Assembly: GCA_017853115.1 (NCBI GenBank)
Contig: JAFMKE010000001.1
Coordinates: 1-63,347, forward strand
Source: Verrucomicrobiota bacterium
Lineage (GTDB): Bacteria > Bacteroidota > Bacteroidia > Chitinophagales > UBA8649
DNA: 63,347 nt
Direction: 5' to 3'
Shown here: in pieces, positions 27,636 to 37,881 of the stretch
Layout of the letters: each line of letters starts with the position of its first letter
How positions within the stretch are numbered: position 1 is the first letter of the stretch
Made by a program: the position numbers and the translations under genes
The notes under the pieces: model-generated
Databases searched by the model: none
What the model saw: the letters and a program-made list of their open reading frames with translations, nothing else
What the model was told of the DNA's origin: nothing

Positions 27636-28703
27636 TTATTGGTGAGACCAATCAAATTGATCTAAATCACCCAAACAAGCTTTTAATAAGTCGATAGATA
27701 ATCTGATATCCTCCTTGTGGCTCATTTCAATCACTTGATGAATATGTCGGGTGGGGATAGAAATGGCTCCCGCAATAGTTCCATACTTAGCCATCCGTTG
27801 CATACCTGCGGTATCCGTTCCACCTGCAGTAAGGATTTCTGCTTGCCATTTAATTTTATGCTTGTCTGCGGTTTCTTTCATATATCTCACCATGCGCGTA
27901 TCACAAACGGTTGAACCATCCATAATTTTGATTGCTGTTCCTTTGCCCATTGCAGTAATTTGCTCGTGAGCTTGGGCACCTGGAACGTCAAAAGCAATCG
28001 TGGTATCTAAGCCAAAACTAAAATCAGGCTCAATGTGATGCCCTGCAACCATTGCTCCGCGAATACCGATTTCTTCCTGAACAGTAAAAACTCCGTAAAC
28101 ATCATAAGGTACATCTAAGTCTTTTAGTTCTCTCAAGGCTTCCAGTAATATAAAAACGGATACGCGATTATCTAATGATTTCGCATTAACGCAGTTCCCC
28201 ATTTCAATCAGCTCGCGTTGTCTGGTAATGGGGTTACCTACTTCGATGTATTTTTCTACTTCTTCTTTTGGCATGCCTAGATCAATGAAGAAGTCGGTGG
28301 TTTTCAATGATTTTCCGCGCTCTTCGGGCGACATCACATGGATAGGTTTAGAACCCATTACACCCACTAAGTCTTTTTTACCGTGAATGATAACACGTTG
28401 AGCAGTTAAGGTTTTCGGATCAAAGCCTCCCAGGGTGTGGAAGCGAACAAACCCTTTATCATCAATATGGGTTACGATAAAACCAATTTCATCTAAATGG
28501 GCTGCAACCATAGCTCGCTTTGAGCTGTCTTTCCCCTTTTTTACGGCAATTAGATTACCCATGGCATCAATGCGTACCTCATCAACCAATGGACTTACTT
28601 CGTTTTTTATAAATGTTCTAATTCGATTTTCAAATCCAGGAGCTCCTGCGGTTTCTGTAATGGTGGCTAATAGATCAACGTTTATCATAATTTTAGACTT
28701 CAA
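27636..28703 (-). CDS. M42-family metallopeptidase (FrvX/cellulase-M-like aminopeptidase)
   Basis: 'AGAPGFE', 'MVAAHLDEIGF', 'SLDNRVS', 'FTVQEEIG' and 'SIPTRHIH' follow the M42 pattern. Confidence 0.85.
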   Translation of the reverse strand: MKSKIMINVDLLATITETAGAPGFENRIRTFIKNEVSPLVDEVRIDAMGNLIAVKKGKDSSKRAMVAAHLDEIGFIVTHIDDKGFVRFHTLGGFDPKTLTAQRVIIHGKKDLVGVMGSKPIHVMSPEERGKSLKTTDFFIDLGMPKEEVEKYIEVGNPITRQRELIEMGNCVNAKSLDNRVSVFILLEALRELKDLDVPYDVYGVFTVQEEIGIRGAMVAGHHIEPDFSFGLDTTIAFDVPGAQAHEQITAMGKGTAIKIMDGSTVCDTRMVRYMKETADKHKIKWQAEILTAGGTDTAGMQRMAKYGTIAGAISIPTRHIHQVIEMSHKEDIRLSIDLLKACLGDLDQFDWSHQ

Positions 28704-28718
28704 TAGTAAATTATATCA

Positions 28719-28743
28719 ATAAAAAGAAGTGTATGAGCACTTC
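28719..28743 (-). terminator. rho-independent terminator (minus strand)
   Basis: On the minus strand, GAAGTG ctcata CACTTC is followed by 'tttttatt'. It lies downstream of the 28770..29066 gene. Confidence 0.6.
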
Positions 28744-28769
28744 GCAAATATTCAGAGAGAAGGGTCAGA

Positions 28770-29066
28770 TTAATCTTTAGATTCAACGGCAGTTGGTTGA
28801 GGTTCAATTGCTGTTGCTTTAATTTCAGGTGACTCCGTTTTGTTTAGCATACTTCCCTGCATACGGCTCTTCATCTGCTGAACTTTGTCCAGTTGGATCT
28901 TGTCGGTATTAAAGTTTTGAATCGATTTAGTGTTTGTCTTCAATTCTTCTTTATTTCCCACATCCTGCTTTTGTATGGTATTATTTTCTTGTGTAGCGTT
29001 CATTTCTTGAGCGCTGCAAATGCCAACAATTAAAATTAAGCTCAAACTCAGTAATGATTTTTTCAT
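28770..29066 (-). CDS. hypothetical small secreted protein
   Basis: 98 aa, with signal peptide 'MKKSLLSLSLILIVGICSAQ' and a polar low-complexity remainder. Confidence 0.55.
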   Translation of the reverse strand: MKKSLLSLSLILIVGICSAQEMNATQENNTIQKQDVGNKEELKTNTKSIQNFNTDKIQLDKVQQMKSRMQGSMLNKTESPEIKATAIEPQPTAVESKD

Positions 29067-29077
29067 ATAATTTTTAT

Positions 29078-29752
29078 TTAAGATGGAATGGTTCCGATAA
29101 CGGTAACTCCGCCTTTAACTTTATCTTTTAATTGGGTGCTGATTTGCGTATTTAGAGGTAGAAACAAATCGACTCTCGAACCGAATTTGATAAAACCAAA
29201 CTCATCGCACTGGGAAACCTCTTCACCCTCCTTCAAGTAATTAACAATTCTCCGCGCAAGTTTTCCAGCAATTTGACGTACAAGCACCTCCATTTTTTCA
29301 TTGCCAAGCACTACAGTGTATCGTTCATTCTTGGTTGACGATTTTGGGTGCCAGGCTACTAAATACTTCCCAGGATGATACTTAGTATATTTAACTTCTC
29401 CCGCGATCGGATTGCGGTTTACATGCACATTAGTCGGCGACATAAAAATAGATACCTGTATGCGCTTGTCTTTAAAATATTCGGGTTCTTCAACTTCTTC
29501 AATAACCACTACTTTGCCATCAGCGGGAGCAATAATTTGATCGTTGTGCACTTGAAAAATCCGGAATGGGATTCTGAAAAAAGCAACCACAAAACCGAAA
29601 AATATTAGGGAAACCACACCAAAAAAAATCCGAATAGAATTTGTGGATTGCATGAAGTTTGTCGCTACATTTAGTGCAAGAAGAATGGTTACTGTAACAA
29701 GAATAATTTTGTATCCCTCTTTATGAATGTTGTACTTGTTGTTTATTCTCAT
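29078..29752 (-). CDS. psd: phosphatidylserine decarboxylase (short type)
   Basis: N-terminal TM helices and the self-cleavage site region 'FGFIKFGSRVDLFLP'. Confidence 0.88.
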   Translation of the reverse strand: MRINNKYNIHKEGYKIILVTVTILLALNVATNFMQSTNSIRIFFGVVSLIFFGFVVAFFRIPFRIFQVHNDQIIAPADGKVVVIEEVEEPEYFKDKRIQVSIFMSPTNVHVNRNPIAGEVKYTKYHPGKYLVAWHPKSSTKNERYTVVLGNEKMEVLVRQIAGKLARRIVNYLKEGEEVSQCDEFGFIKFGSRVDLFLPLNTQISTQLKDKVKGGVTVIGTIPS

Positions 29753-29809
29753 GTTCTTCCGTCGTGCGGTGTAAAAGTAACAATAAAATGCAAGAAATGT
29801 TTCTCCTAA

Positions 29810-30634
29810 TTAGGTAAAACAAATAATGTAAAAAGCGATAAAAGGGATAACAAAAATGAAGGCGTCGAAGCGATCAAGAAATCCGCCATGACCAGGAAGT
29901 ATATTGCTGGTATCTTTGATTCTTAAACTGCGTTTGATTAAAGATTCAACCAAGTCGCCTGTGGCAGAAAAATAAGCAATCAGCCAGGAGATAATCGCCC
30001 ATTCTAAAGAACTTAATGCTTCAAAAACATAGCCTAAGCCAAAGCCTAATGCTGTAAGAACGAGCAATCCTCCAATCGACCCTTCCCAAGTTTTATTCGG
30101 TGAGATGCGCTTGAATAATGGTCGACTTCCAAATTGACTTCCAATAATATATGCAGCGCTATCATACACCCAAACGAGAATTAATATTCCCAATAGTATG
30201 CCTGGCGCATAAACGCCATTTTTATAAACGATGAAATTGAGCAGGGAGAAAGGAAATCCGATGTAAATAAAAGCACTAAAATTAAGACCAAGATTAATGA
30301 GAGGCTTTTCGGATTTGGAATACAATTCCATAATGAATAAGCTAAACATCATAACGGGTAAGATGCTCAAGAATTTAATACTGAGCTTGTCGGTCATGGA
30401 AGCTGCAGTAATCAAAAATGCTAGAACATTAGTGGTAATTAACCAAACCCTATACAGCATGGCGTGCTTCTTAGGTTCATCCCTCAATTCTTGGGTGATA
30501 TCAAAGAATTCATTGGTGCAAAATGCGGTAACTAAAGCAATCAGGATGATATATCCCCATTGGAAGACAGATGCGCCAATCATGATGGCCACGAAAATTA
30601 ATCCCGTAACGGCTCTTGTTAAAAAGGTGTTCAT
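29810..30634 (-). CDS. cdsA: phosphatidate cytidylyltransferase
   Basis: Multi-pass membrane protein with the C-terminal signature 'SLIKRSLRIKDTSNILPGHGGFLDRFD'. Confidence 0.92.
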   Translation of the reverse strand: MNTFLTRAVTGLIFVAIMIGASVFQWGYIILIALVTAFCTNEFFDITQELRDEPKKHAMLYRVWLITTNVLAFLITAASMTDKLSIKFLSILPVMMFSLFIMELYSKSEKPLINLGLNFSAFIYIGFPFSLLNFIVYKNGVYAPGILLGILILVWVYDSAAYIIGSQFGSRPLFKRISPNKTWEGSIGGLLVLTALGFGLGYVFEALSSLEWAIISWLIAYFSATGDLVESLIKRSLRIKDTSNILPGHGGFLDRFDAFIFVIPFIAFYIICFT

Positions 30635-30637
30635 GAC

Positions 30638-31513
30638 TTACTCGCAGCTAGTTTTGGTTTGTGTGTGAAGTGTATATAAGCCGAATGCAAATATAACTAA
30701 TCCGATGATAGATAACCACACGGGTGGGTTAGACTCTAAATCAATCTGGCTTAGCTGGTGCTTATTACTTAAGGTTAGGACTACAATCATTCCATTGTTA
30801 AGTAGGTGCATATACATGCTAAGCCACAGGTTTTTTGTGCGATAATAGACATAACCCAATAGTGCTCCCATGAAAAGCAATGGCAATAGGTAATAAAATT
30901 GAAAGTGCATCATGGCAAAGAGCAGGGTGGAAAGGAAGATGACGTGAAAAGCAGATATTCTTAGATCGCGAAGTAGCCCCATGAGTAGTCCACGAAAGTA
31001 TAATTCCTCTGCTAATGCTGGAGAAATGGCCATGGTCAGAAAAACGACCAAAAACTCAACACCACCCTCAAAATTTAGAAAAAATGCTTGGGTCTGTGAG
31101 GTGGAATCTTGCAGTTGTTGAAATTTATTGGCAAAGTTTTTTCCAACGGGAATCAAGGCATTCAATTCCATCAGATAGTTTAAGAAAAAGTTTGCACTCA
31201 CAATCAGAACTGTTGCAAGAACCAGATGGGATGCCTTGGGGCGAACCTTTAAGTTGAAAAAAGTAAAGACATTACCACGGTATAAATAGGCGATTAGCAA
31301 AGCGGGAATAACGAGCATGATAACTACAGATGCGAGTTGGGCCATACTTAACTCAAGAAGGCTTTGCTCACCAATAATTTGTGTTGAATCTAATGTTGGA
31401 TTCATCATCGTGACGCCAAAAATGGCAAGTATAGGAGCTACGGACCAAACGAAGACGAGCAGCGGTCGCTTGGCTAGAAATCCTTTGAATGAATTTGGTT
31501 TATCGCTTGACAT
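30638..31513 (-). CDS. CPBP-family (CAAX) intramembrane metalloprotease
   Basis: 'LAEELYFRG', 'FAMMHF' and 'MHLLNN' motifs in a multi-pass protein. Its stop lies 3 nt before the cdsA start. Confidence 0.82.
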   Translation of the reverse strand: MSSDKPNSFKGFLAKRPLLVFVWSVAPILAIFGVTMMNPTLDSTQIIGEQSLLELSMAQLASVVIMLVIPALLIAYLYRGNVFTFFNLKVRPKASHLVLATVLIVSANFFLNYLMELNALIPVGKNFANKFQQLQDSTSQTQAFFLNFEGGVEFLVVFLTMAISPALAEELYFRGLLMGLLRDLRISAFHVIFLSTLLFAMMHFQFYYLLPLLFMGALLGYVYYRTKNLWLSMYMHLLNNGMIVVLTLSNKHQLSQIDLESNPPVWLSIIGLVIFAFGLYTLHTQTKTSCE

Positions 31514-31595
31514 AGAAGTTCAAAAGTAAGCAATTCTCTGTTTATTAGCGATCTTCTTTATACGTACCGGAGTTCACTCATTCACTTAGTTGATG

Positions 31596-31603
31596 TATCT
31601 TTG
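31596..31603 (+). promoter_or_regulatory. -7 promoter box TATCTTTG, 4 nt upstream of the dusB ATG
   Basis: 'TATCTTTGtgccATG', the same layout as at thiL. Confidence 0.5.
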
Positions 31604-31607
31604 TGCC

Positions 31608-32603
31608 ATGGTTAAAATTGACCAAATAGAATTAGGTGAGTTTCCGTTGTTGCTCGCTCCTATGGAGGATGTGAGTGATCCACCTTTTCGTGCCTTGTGT
31701 AAAGAGAATGGTGCAGATTTGATGTTTACCGAATTTATCTCCACGGAAGGATTAATCAGGGATGCGGATAAGAGTGTACAGAAATTAGATATTTATGAAG
31801 ATGAGCGGCCGATAGGTATTCAGATTTTTGGCTCAGTATTAGAGTCCATGATGATGTCGGCACGAATTGTAGAAGAAGCTAAACCTGAATTGTTGGATAT
31901 TAATTTTGGTTGTCCAGTTAAAAAGGTAGTATGCAAAATGGCTGGAGCTGGAATTCTTCAGGATATTCCTCGAATGGTTGAGCTAACGGATGCTGTGGTA
32001 AAGTCGACCAATTTGCCGGTTACGGTTAAAACCAGGTTGGGCTGGGATAACAACTCAATTAAAATTCAGGAAGTTGCCGAACGTCTGCAGGATGTTGGTA
32101 TTCAGGCTTTAAGTATTCACGGCCGTACCAGAAAACAAATGTACAAAGGCGAAGCAGATTGGACAGAGATTGGCAAGATAAAGGAGAATCCACGAATTCA
32201 CATTCCTATATTTGGCAATGGTGATATTGATTCCCCTGAGAAATGTGTGGAATATAAAAAGAGATATGGTGTTGATGGCGTCATGATTGGTCGTGCAGCC
32301 ATAGGATACCCATGGATATTCAGGGAAATAAAGCATTTCATAAAAACAGGAGAGCATCTTCCGCCACCGACTGTAGATGAACGGGTAGATACTGCTCTAA
32401 AGCATCTGAAAACCTCCATAGCATGGAAAGGGGATGTGCTAGGCGTGCTAGAAACCAGAAGGCATTACGGAAGTTATTTTAGGGGGTTTAGGGATATTAA
32501 ACAGTATCGACAAATATTGGTTGACACCATGGACCATAACGAGTTGTTTGACACCCTAGAAACTATCAGAGAGCGATATAAATATGAATACGTTCCGGAA
32601 TAA
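31608..32603 (+). CDS. dusB: tRNA dihydrouridine synthase B
   Basis: 'LLLAPMEDVSDPPFR', 'DINFGCPVKKV' and 'LSIHGRTR' are present. The track ORF starts at 31590, but the promoter box lies inside that extension, so 31608 is preferred. Confidence 0.92.
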   Translation: MVKIDQIELGEFPLLLAPMEDVSDPPFRALCKENGADLMFTEFISTEGLIRDADKSVQKLDIYEDERPIGIQIFGSVLESMMMSARIVEEAKPELLDINFGCPVKKVVCKMAGAGILQDIPRMVELTDAVVKSTNLPVTVKTRLGWDNNSIKIQEVAERLQDVGIQALSIHGRTRKQMYKGEADWTEIGKIKENPRIHIPIFGNGDIDSPEKCVEYKKRYGVDGVMIGRAAIGYPWIFREIKHFIKTGEHLPPPTVDERVDTALKHLKTSIAWKGDVLGVLETRRHYGSYFRGFRDIKQYRQILVDTMDHNELFDTLETIRERYKYEYVPE

Positions 32604-33034
32604 AAAAAACATCGCTAAATGGGTTGATTTTTGGAGTTAAAAAAATATCTGAAAAATCAAAAATTTTTTTTCGAATATGTTAACAAAGTGTTAGTTTTTT
32701 GTAATCCACAGGCCTAATACTTGAGTTTATTGGAAAGCAGACATTTTCACTTTTGAATGTTGAAAACCACCCTTTCATTTTTCTTTTTTTCATTCTACAT
32801 TTGATTCACTGACAACAGAAAATCGTTGTTCACAAGAGGTCTTAACAGGTAATTTATTAGGCGAATTTTTCGTAAGGTGTTGTGTCTGCAATAGTTGTGA
32901 AAATTACCTCAAGTTAGATTCAAATAAAAAACGAGAAGTGAACTTGTTCGCTTCGTGATGAAAACATATTTTTTGTCGTTTTCGGGGGACGACAGTTGAG
33001 GAATTTTTTACCCCAAAAAAAATGAAATTGATCT

Positions 33035-34012
33035 ATGAGCAATCAAAACATCGAACCAATCTTAGAAGAAAACAACGAAAGATTTGTGCTATTTCCAATC
33101 CAGCACGATAAAATCTGGGAAATGTACAAACAAGCAGAAGCAAGTTTCTGGACGGCAGAGGAAATTGACTTGGCGCCTGATATGAAAGATTGGGAAGGTT
33201 TGAATCCTGATGAACGTCATTTCATTAGTCATGTTCTAGCATTCTTTGCCGCAAGTGATGGTATAGTAAATGAGAATTTGGTCATCAATTTCATGCAAGA
33301 TGTTACCATCCCTGAGGCAAGATGTTTCTATGGTTTTCAAATTGCAATAGAAAATATTCATGCGGAGACATACAGCTTGTTAATCGATACTTACATCAAG
33401 GATGAGAGCGAAAAAACGAAAATGTTCCACGCTATCGACACCATACCTTGTGTAAAGAAAAAAGCGGACTGGGCATTGCGTTGGATAGATGAAGCACCTT
33501 CTTTTGCTCACCGATTGATTGCCTTCGCAGCTGTTGAAGGGATTTTCTTCTCAGGAAGTTTTTGCTCTATCTTTTGGTTGAAAAAGCGTGGTTTAATGCC
33601 GGGCTTGTCCTTTTCTAATGAGCTAATTTCTAGAGATGAAGGCTTACATTGCGATTTTGCTTGTTTGATTTACTCCATGTTGCAAAACAAGCTAAGCAAG
33701 AAAGAAGTAGAATCTATCATTACAGATGCTGTAGAGTACGAAAAAGAGTTTGTAAGCGATGCCTTGCCGGTTTCTCTAATAGGAATGAATTCGGAAATGA
33801 TGTGTCAGTACATCGAGTTTGTGGCTGATCGTTTACTAGTGGCTTTGGGTTATGATAAAGTCTACAATGCTACGAATCCTTTCCCATGGATGGAGATGAT
33901 TTCGCTACAAGGGAAAACAAACTTTTTTGAAAAGCGTGTGGCAGAGTACCAGAAGGCAGGTGTTACCGCGGGCAAAGAAGATCACACATTCTCAATAGAC
34001 GAGGATTTCTAA
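33035..34012 (+). CDS. nrdB: class Ia ribonucleotide reductase beta subunit (R2)
   Basis: Di-iron/tyrosyl motifs '[13 protein letters not shown]', '[10 protein letters not shown]' and '[12 protein letters not shown]...[10 protein letters not shown]', plus a C-terminal 'IDEDF' tail. Confidence 0.95.
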   Translation: MSNQNIEPILEENNERFVLFPIQHDKIWEMYKQAEASFWTAEEIDLAPDMKDWEGLNPDERHFISHVLAFFAASDGIVNENLVINFMQDVTIPEARCFYGFQIAIENIHAETYSLLIDTYIKDESEKTKMFHAIDTIPCVKKKADWALRWIDEAPSFAHRLIAFAAVEGIFFSGSFCSIFWLKKRGLMPGLSFSNELISRDEGLHCDFACLIYSMLQNKLSKKEVESIITDAVEYEKEFVSDALPVSLIGMNSEMMCQYIEFVADRLLVALGYDKVYNATNPFPWMEMISLQGKTNFFEKRVAEYQKAGVTAGKEDHTFSIDEDF

Positions 34013-34065
34013 TAAAACAAACCGAATAAATAATTTACCAAAACCACCTTTAAAGCTAAGACCAT

Positions 34066-36423
34066 ATGTATGTAATCAAGAGAAACGGGAGAAAAGAAGC
34101 TGTAATGTTCGATAAAATTACAGCCAGAATGAATAAACTTTCTTACGGCCTAGACAACAAGTATGTGCAGCCCATTGATATTGCTAAAAAGGTAATCCAA
34201 GGGATGTTTGATGGAGTTACTACTACCGAGCTTGACAACCTTGCCGCAGAAACTGCAGCGTCGATGACAACCGTTCATCCTGACTATGCCATTCTTGCTG
34301 CACGAATTGCCGTTTCTAACTTACATAAGAATACAAAAAAGACTTTCTCAGAGGTGGTGGAAGACTTACATAAGTATATCGATCCCAAAACAGATGAACC
34401 TGCTCCCTTGGTAGCAGATGATGTATATGAAATCATTATGAAGAATGCAGACAAATTAGATTCTGCCATTATTCATTCAAGAGATTTTCACTACGATTTT
34501 TTCGGTTTTAAAACATTAGAAAGAGCATACCTGCTAAAATTGAATGGCCAGATTGCCGAGCGGCCTCAGCATATGTTGATGAGGGTTTCAGTGGGAATTC
34601 ACAAGGAAGATATCAAATCGGCGATTGAAACATATAATTTGATGTCTCAAAAATGGTTTACTCATGCAACGCCTACCTTGTTTAACTCCGGCACACCGAA
34701 ACCACAGATGTCATCATGCTTCTTGCTAACGATGAAGGATGATAGTATTCCAGGTATTTTTGACACTTTACGTCAGTGTGCGGAAATCTCAAAATCGGCC
34801 GGTGGAATCGGTTTGAGCATTCACAACGTGCGAGCGAACGGAAGTTATATCAAAGGAACGAATGGAACATCAAATGGTATTATTCCGATGCTTCGTGTGT
34901 TTAATGATACAGCTCGCTATGTAGATCAAGGTGGTGGAAAGAGAAAAGGGGCTTTTGCGGTTTATTTGGAGCCTTGGCATTCAGATGTTTTTGAATTCCT
35001 CGATTTAAAGAAAAATCACGGAAAAGAAGAGAATCGTGCAAGGGATTTATTCTACGCTTTGTGGATTCCAGACTTGTTTATGCAACGGGTATTGGAAGAT
35101 GGAGATTGGAGTTTATTCTGTCCAAACGAAGCGCCAGGATTAGCCGATACACACAGCGAAGAGTTTGAGGCGTTATACAAGAAGTATGAAGAAGAAGGTA
35201 GAGCTCGTAAAACAGTAAAAGCACAAAAATTATGGTTTGCTATCTGTGAATCACAAATTGAAACTGGTACGCCATATATTTTATACAAAGATGCCGCGAA
35301 CAAGAAATCTAATCAGCAAAATTTAGGTACTATTAAGTCGTCTAACTTGTGTACGGAGATTATTGAATATACGGCTCCGGATGAAGTGGCTGTATGTAAC
35401 CTAGCTTCTTTGGCCTTAAATAAGTATGTGGGTAAGGATGGAAAATATGATTTCGATAGGCTCTATGAGGTAACATACCAGGTAACTAAGAACTTGAACA
35501 AGATTATTGACAATAATTACTATCCAGTACCAGAGGCCGAAAAATCTAATCTTCGTCATCGACCAATTGGCCTAGGTGTACAAGGATTGGCTGATGCTTT
35601 TATGTTGCTTCGTCTTCCTTTCGAAAGTGAAGAGGCAAGAATGTTAAACAAAAACATTTTTGAAACGATTTATTTCGCGGCAATGACAGCTTCAAAAGAC
35701 TTGGCAAAGAAAGATGGAGCATACGAAACGTTCAAAGGTTCACCTTTGAGTGAAGGAAAATTCCAGTTTGATCTTTGGGGAGTGAAGCCAAGCGGAATGT
35801 GGGATTGGGATAAGTTGCGAAAGGAGATTAAAAAACATGGTGTGCGAAATAGTTTGTTAGTAGCACCTATGCCAACAGCTTCTACTTCGCAAATCTTAGG
35901 AAACAACGAATGCTTTGAGCCATATACAAGTAATATCTACTCGAGAAGAGTACTTTCTGGGGAGTTCGTTATTGTGAATAAACACCTATTGAAAGATTTA
36001 ATTGATAGAGGCTTGTGGAATGAGGATATGAAGTATAAACTGATTGCTAGAAATGGTTCGGTTCAAGATATCCCGGAAATACCACAAGATCTTAAAGACT
36101 TGTACAAAACGGCTTGGGAGATTTCACAAAAAGCAATTATCGAAATGAGTGCCGACCGAGGAGCTTTCATTTGTCAATCGCAGAGTTTGAATATTTTCAT
36201 GGAGAATGCAAACTTCAAGAAGCTTTCTTCAATGCACTTCTATGCATGGAAAGCCGGTTTGAAAACAGGAACTTACTATTTACGAACTAAAGCGGCACGA
36301 GATGCCATAAAGTTCACTGTGGATAGTCAATACCTCAAAGGCGATAAGATTGATGAGGATAAAATTGCAGCGGCTGTTTGTTCTCTAGATAATCCAGACG
36401 CCTGTGAAATGTGTTCAGGTTGA
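34066..36423 (+). CDS. nrdA: class Ia ribonucleotide reductase alpha subunit (R1)
   Basis: N-terminal ATP-cone '[16 protein letters not shown]', active-site 'SSNLCTEI', '[10 protein letters not shown]' and a C-terminal CxxC tail 'CEMCSG'. Confidence 0.95.
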   Translation: MYVIKRNGRKEAVMFDKITARMNKLSYGLDNKYVQPIDIAKKVIQGMFDGVTTTELDNLAAETAASMTTVHPDYAILAARIAVSNLHKNTKKTFSEVVEDLHKYIDPKTDEPAPLVADDVYEIIMKNADKLDSAIIHSRDFHYDFFGFKTLERAYLLKLNGQIAERPQHMLMRVSVGIHKEDIKSAIETYNLMSQKWFTHATPTLFNSGTPKPQMSSCFLLTMKDDSIPGIFDTLRQCAEISKSAGGIGLSIHNVRANGSYIKGTNGTSNGIIPMLRVFNDTARYVDQGGGKRKGAFAVYLEPWHSDVFEFLDLKKNHGKEENRARDLFYALWIPDLFMQRVLEDGDWSLFCPNEAPGLADTHSEEFEALYKKYEEEGRARKTVKAQKLWFAICESQIETGTPYILYKDAANKKSNQQNLGTIKSSNLCTEIIEYTAPDEVAVCNLASLALNKYVGKDGKYDFDRLYEVTYQVTKNLNKIIDNNYYPVPEAEKSNLRHRPIGLGVQGLADAFMLLRLPFESEEARMLNKNIFETIYFAAMTASKDLAKKDGAYETFKGSPLSEGKFQFDLWGVKPSGMWDWDKLRKEIKKHGVRNSLLVAPMPTASTSQILGNNECFEPYTSNIYSRRVLSGEFVIVNKHLLKDLIDRGLWNEDMKYKLIARNGSVQDIPEIPQDLKDLYKTAWEISQKAIIEMSADRGAFICQSQSLNIFMENANFKKLSSMHFYAWKAGLKTGTYYLRTKAARDAIKFTVDSQYLKGDKIDEDKIAAAVCSLDNPDACEMCSG

Positions 36424-36454
36424 TCCAGATATAATTACTAGCTACTAAAACGTG

Positions 36455-36486
36455 CGAAAGCCATCAATTAAATTTGATGGCTTTCG
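36455..36486. terminator. bidirectional hairpin terminator between nrdA and the convergent amidinotransferase-fold gene
   Basis: CGAAAGCCATCAA / TTGATGGCTTTCG form a perfect 13-bp stem with a 6-nt loop, followed by 'tatttta'. Confidence 0.7.
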
Positions 36487-36561
36487 TATTTTATATGGCT
36501 TTGAACAGCATATACACCTTATTTCCTTATATAGCAGTATGCTGCACAAGCTCTACTAATC

Positions 36562-37776
36562 TTACACCCGTTGGATTGGAAAAGTCATACAATGAGGTCC
36601 TCCTCTAGCTCTAGAAAGTTCAGTACTTGGAATGGCGATAATCGTTTTCTCTACTTTTTCCGGAAGAATATTTTCTTTAAGGAATTCCTCAGCCTGAACT
36701 ACCCGATAACCTGCATTTTTAAGTGCAACGGCGGTATGGAAATTCCGGTCGTAAGCGATGGCAACCCCATCTTTTACGGCCACTAAATTACAACCATCTG
36801 TCCATTGCTCTCTAGCTGCAAAAGTTTCATCACCATTGCCACAAAGTATAAATTCCATCTTTGGATCAAAATCAATAAAGAAATCTTTCAAAGTGGAATA
36901 TTCTTGTTTTGATCCGTCTTTATGATATTTCGTTACTTTGATGATGTCTGAAGTTAAGGTGTCTTCATAAATAACATATTCATGCTTACTGATTTGCGTA
37001 AACAAAGTATCAATATGCATAGATGAACGATCTTTTGCAATTACAATTCTGACTAAATTGTCAATCACATTTTTTGCAAAGAGTTCTTCCTTTAAGCTTT
37101 CAAAGGCTTCAGGTGTCGATCGTTCACTACAGCCAACCAACAAGTGATGCTGGTCTAACATCATGACATCACCACCTTCCAAAGTACAGTCATCGCCTTT
37201 TTTAGTCATGTCGATGATTTTGGCATCATTGTTTGCTTGAAATGAGGCAAAAATAGGGTGATAATAAATGATGTATCGAGTTAAGATGGATTCCCGAGTT
37301 CTCGCTTTTTTTGAAGCATGACAAATCACAATGTGGTCATTCACGACAACACCTATATCTCGTGTAAATACGTAATTGGGCAATGGCGGGAGAATGGACT
37401 CCTCTGTCGCGCTGAGAATTCCTGTAAACAAGGTATAGGCTAATTCATCTGTAGAAAGCGTTTTCAAGGTGTCAATCACATCATCATCCAAATTTTCCAA
37501 GTCGGCAATGTAATCAATCAACTTGAGTTTCGATTGATTAGGGTTTTCTAATAACACCTCTTTCAGCATTTGAAAAGTGTCAATCACGCCTTCGTTTCCA
37601 AGGAAATGTTTTAAGACATTTGTAAACAGTTTGTGTTCCTCACGCATCAAAGGAAGAAAAACGATGTCATCGTATAAGAACTTTAATGCATTTTTTGGGG
37701 TAATCACTTCTATGCCGTCATCCGGATAATGAACAACAACTTTTTTTAACGTGCTAATCTCATGCTGTACCTTCAT
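36562..37776 (-). CDS. arginine deiminase-family (amidinotransferase-fold) protein
   Basis: 404 aa ending in the catalytic-Cys motif 'SRARGGPHCMTFPI'. The internal 'VFTRD' and 'MHIDT' resemble ADI family signatures. The substrate is not established. Confidence 0.65.
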   Translation of the reverse strand: MKVQHEISTLKKVVVHYPDDGIEVITPKNALKFLYDDIVFLPLMREEHKLFTNVLKHFLGNEGVIDTFQMLKEVLLENPNQSKLKLIDYIADLENLDDDVIDTLKTLSTDELAYTLFTGILSATEESILPPLPNYVFTRDIGVVVNDHIVICHASKKARTRESILTRYIIYYHPIFASFQANNDAKIIDMTKKGDDCTLEGGDVMMLDQHHLLVGCSERSTPEAFESLKEELFAKNVIDNLVRIVIAKDRSSMHIDTLFTQISKHEYVIYEDTLTSDIIKVTKYHKDGSKQEYSTLKDFFIDFDPKMEFILCGNGDETFAAREQWTDGCNLVAVKDGVAIAYDRNFHTAVALKNAGYRVVQAEEFLKENILPEKVEKTIIAIPSTELSRARGGPHCMTFPIQRV

Positions 37777-37881
37777 TAGTTTGGTTTGAAAGGTTAAGTA
37801 ACGAATTACAAATATACGACTAATTTAAGCCAAACAGTTCTGAGGTATGCGTTCTAATCTCCTTATATGTGGGAAAGTATA

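Noticed and set aside
32604-33034. NrdR box, B12 riboswitch or tRNA in the long nrdB upstream region
   Set aside because: I could not find the NrdR palindrome, a B12-box or a cloverleaf-compatible sequence by eye. The region is kept only as an unexplained long spacer.
36562-37776. Arginine deiminase pathway (arcABC) cluster
   Set aside because: Only the amidinotransferase-fold gene is present. No ornithine carbamoyltransferase, carbamate kinase or antiporter is adjacent, so I make no pathway claim and leave the substrate open.
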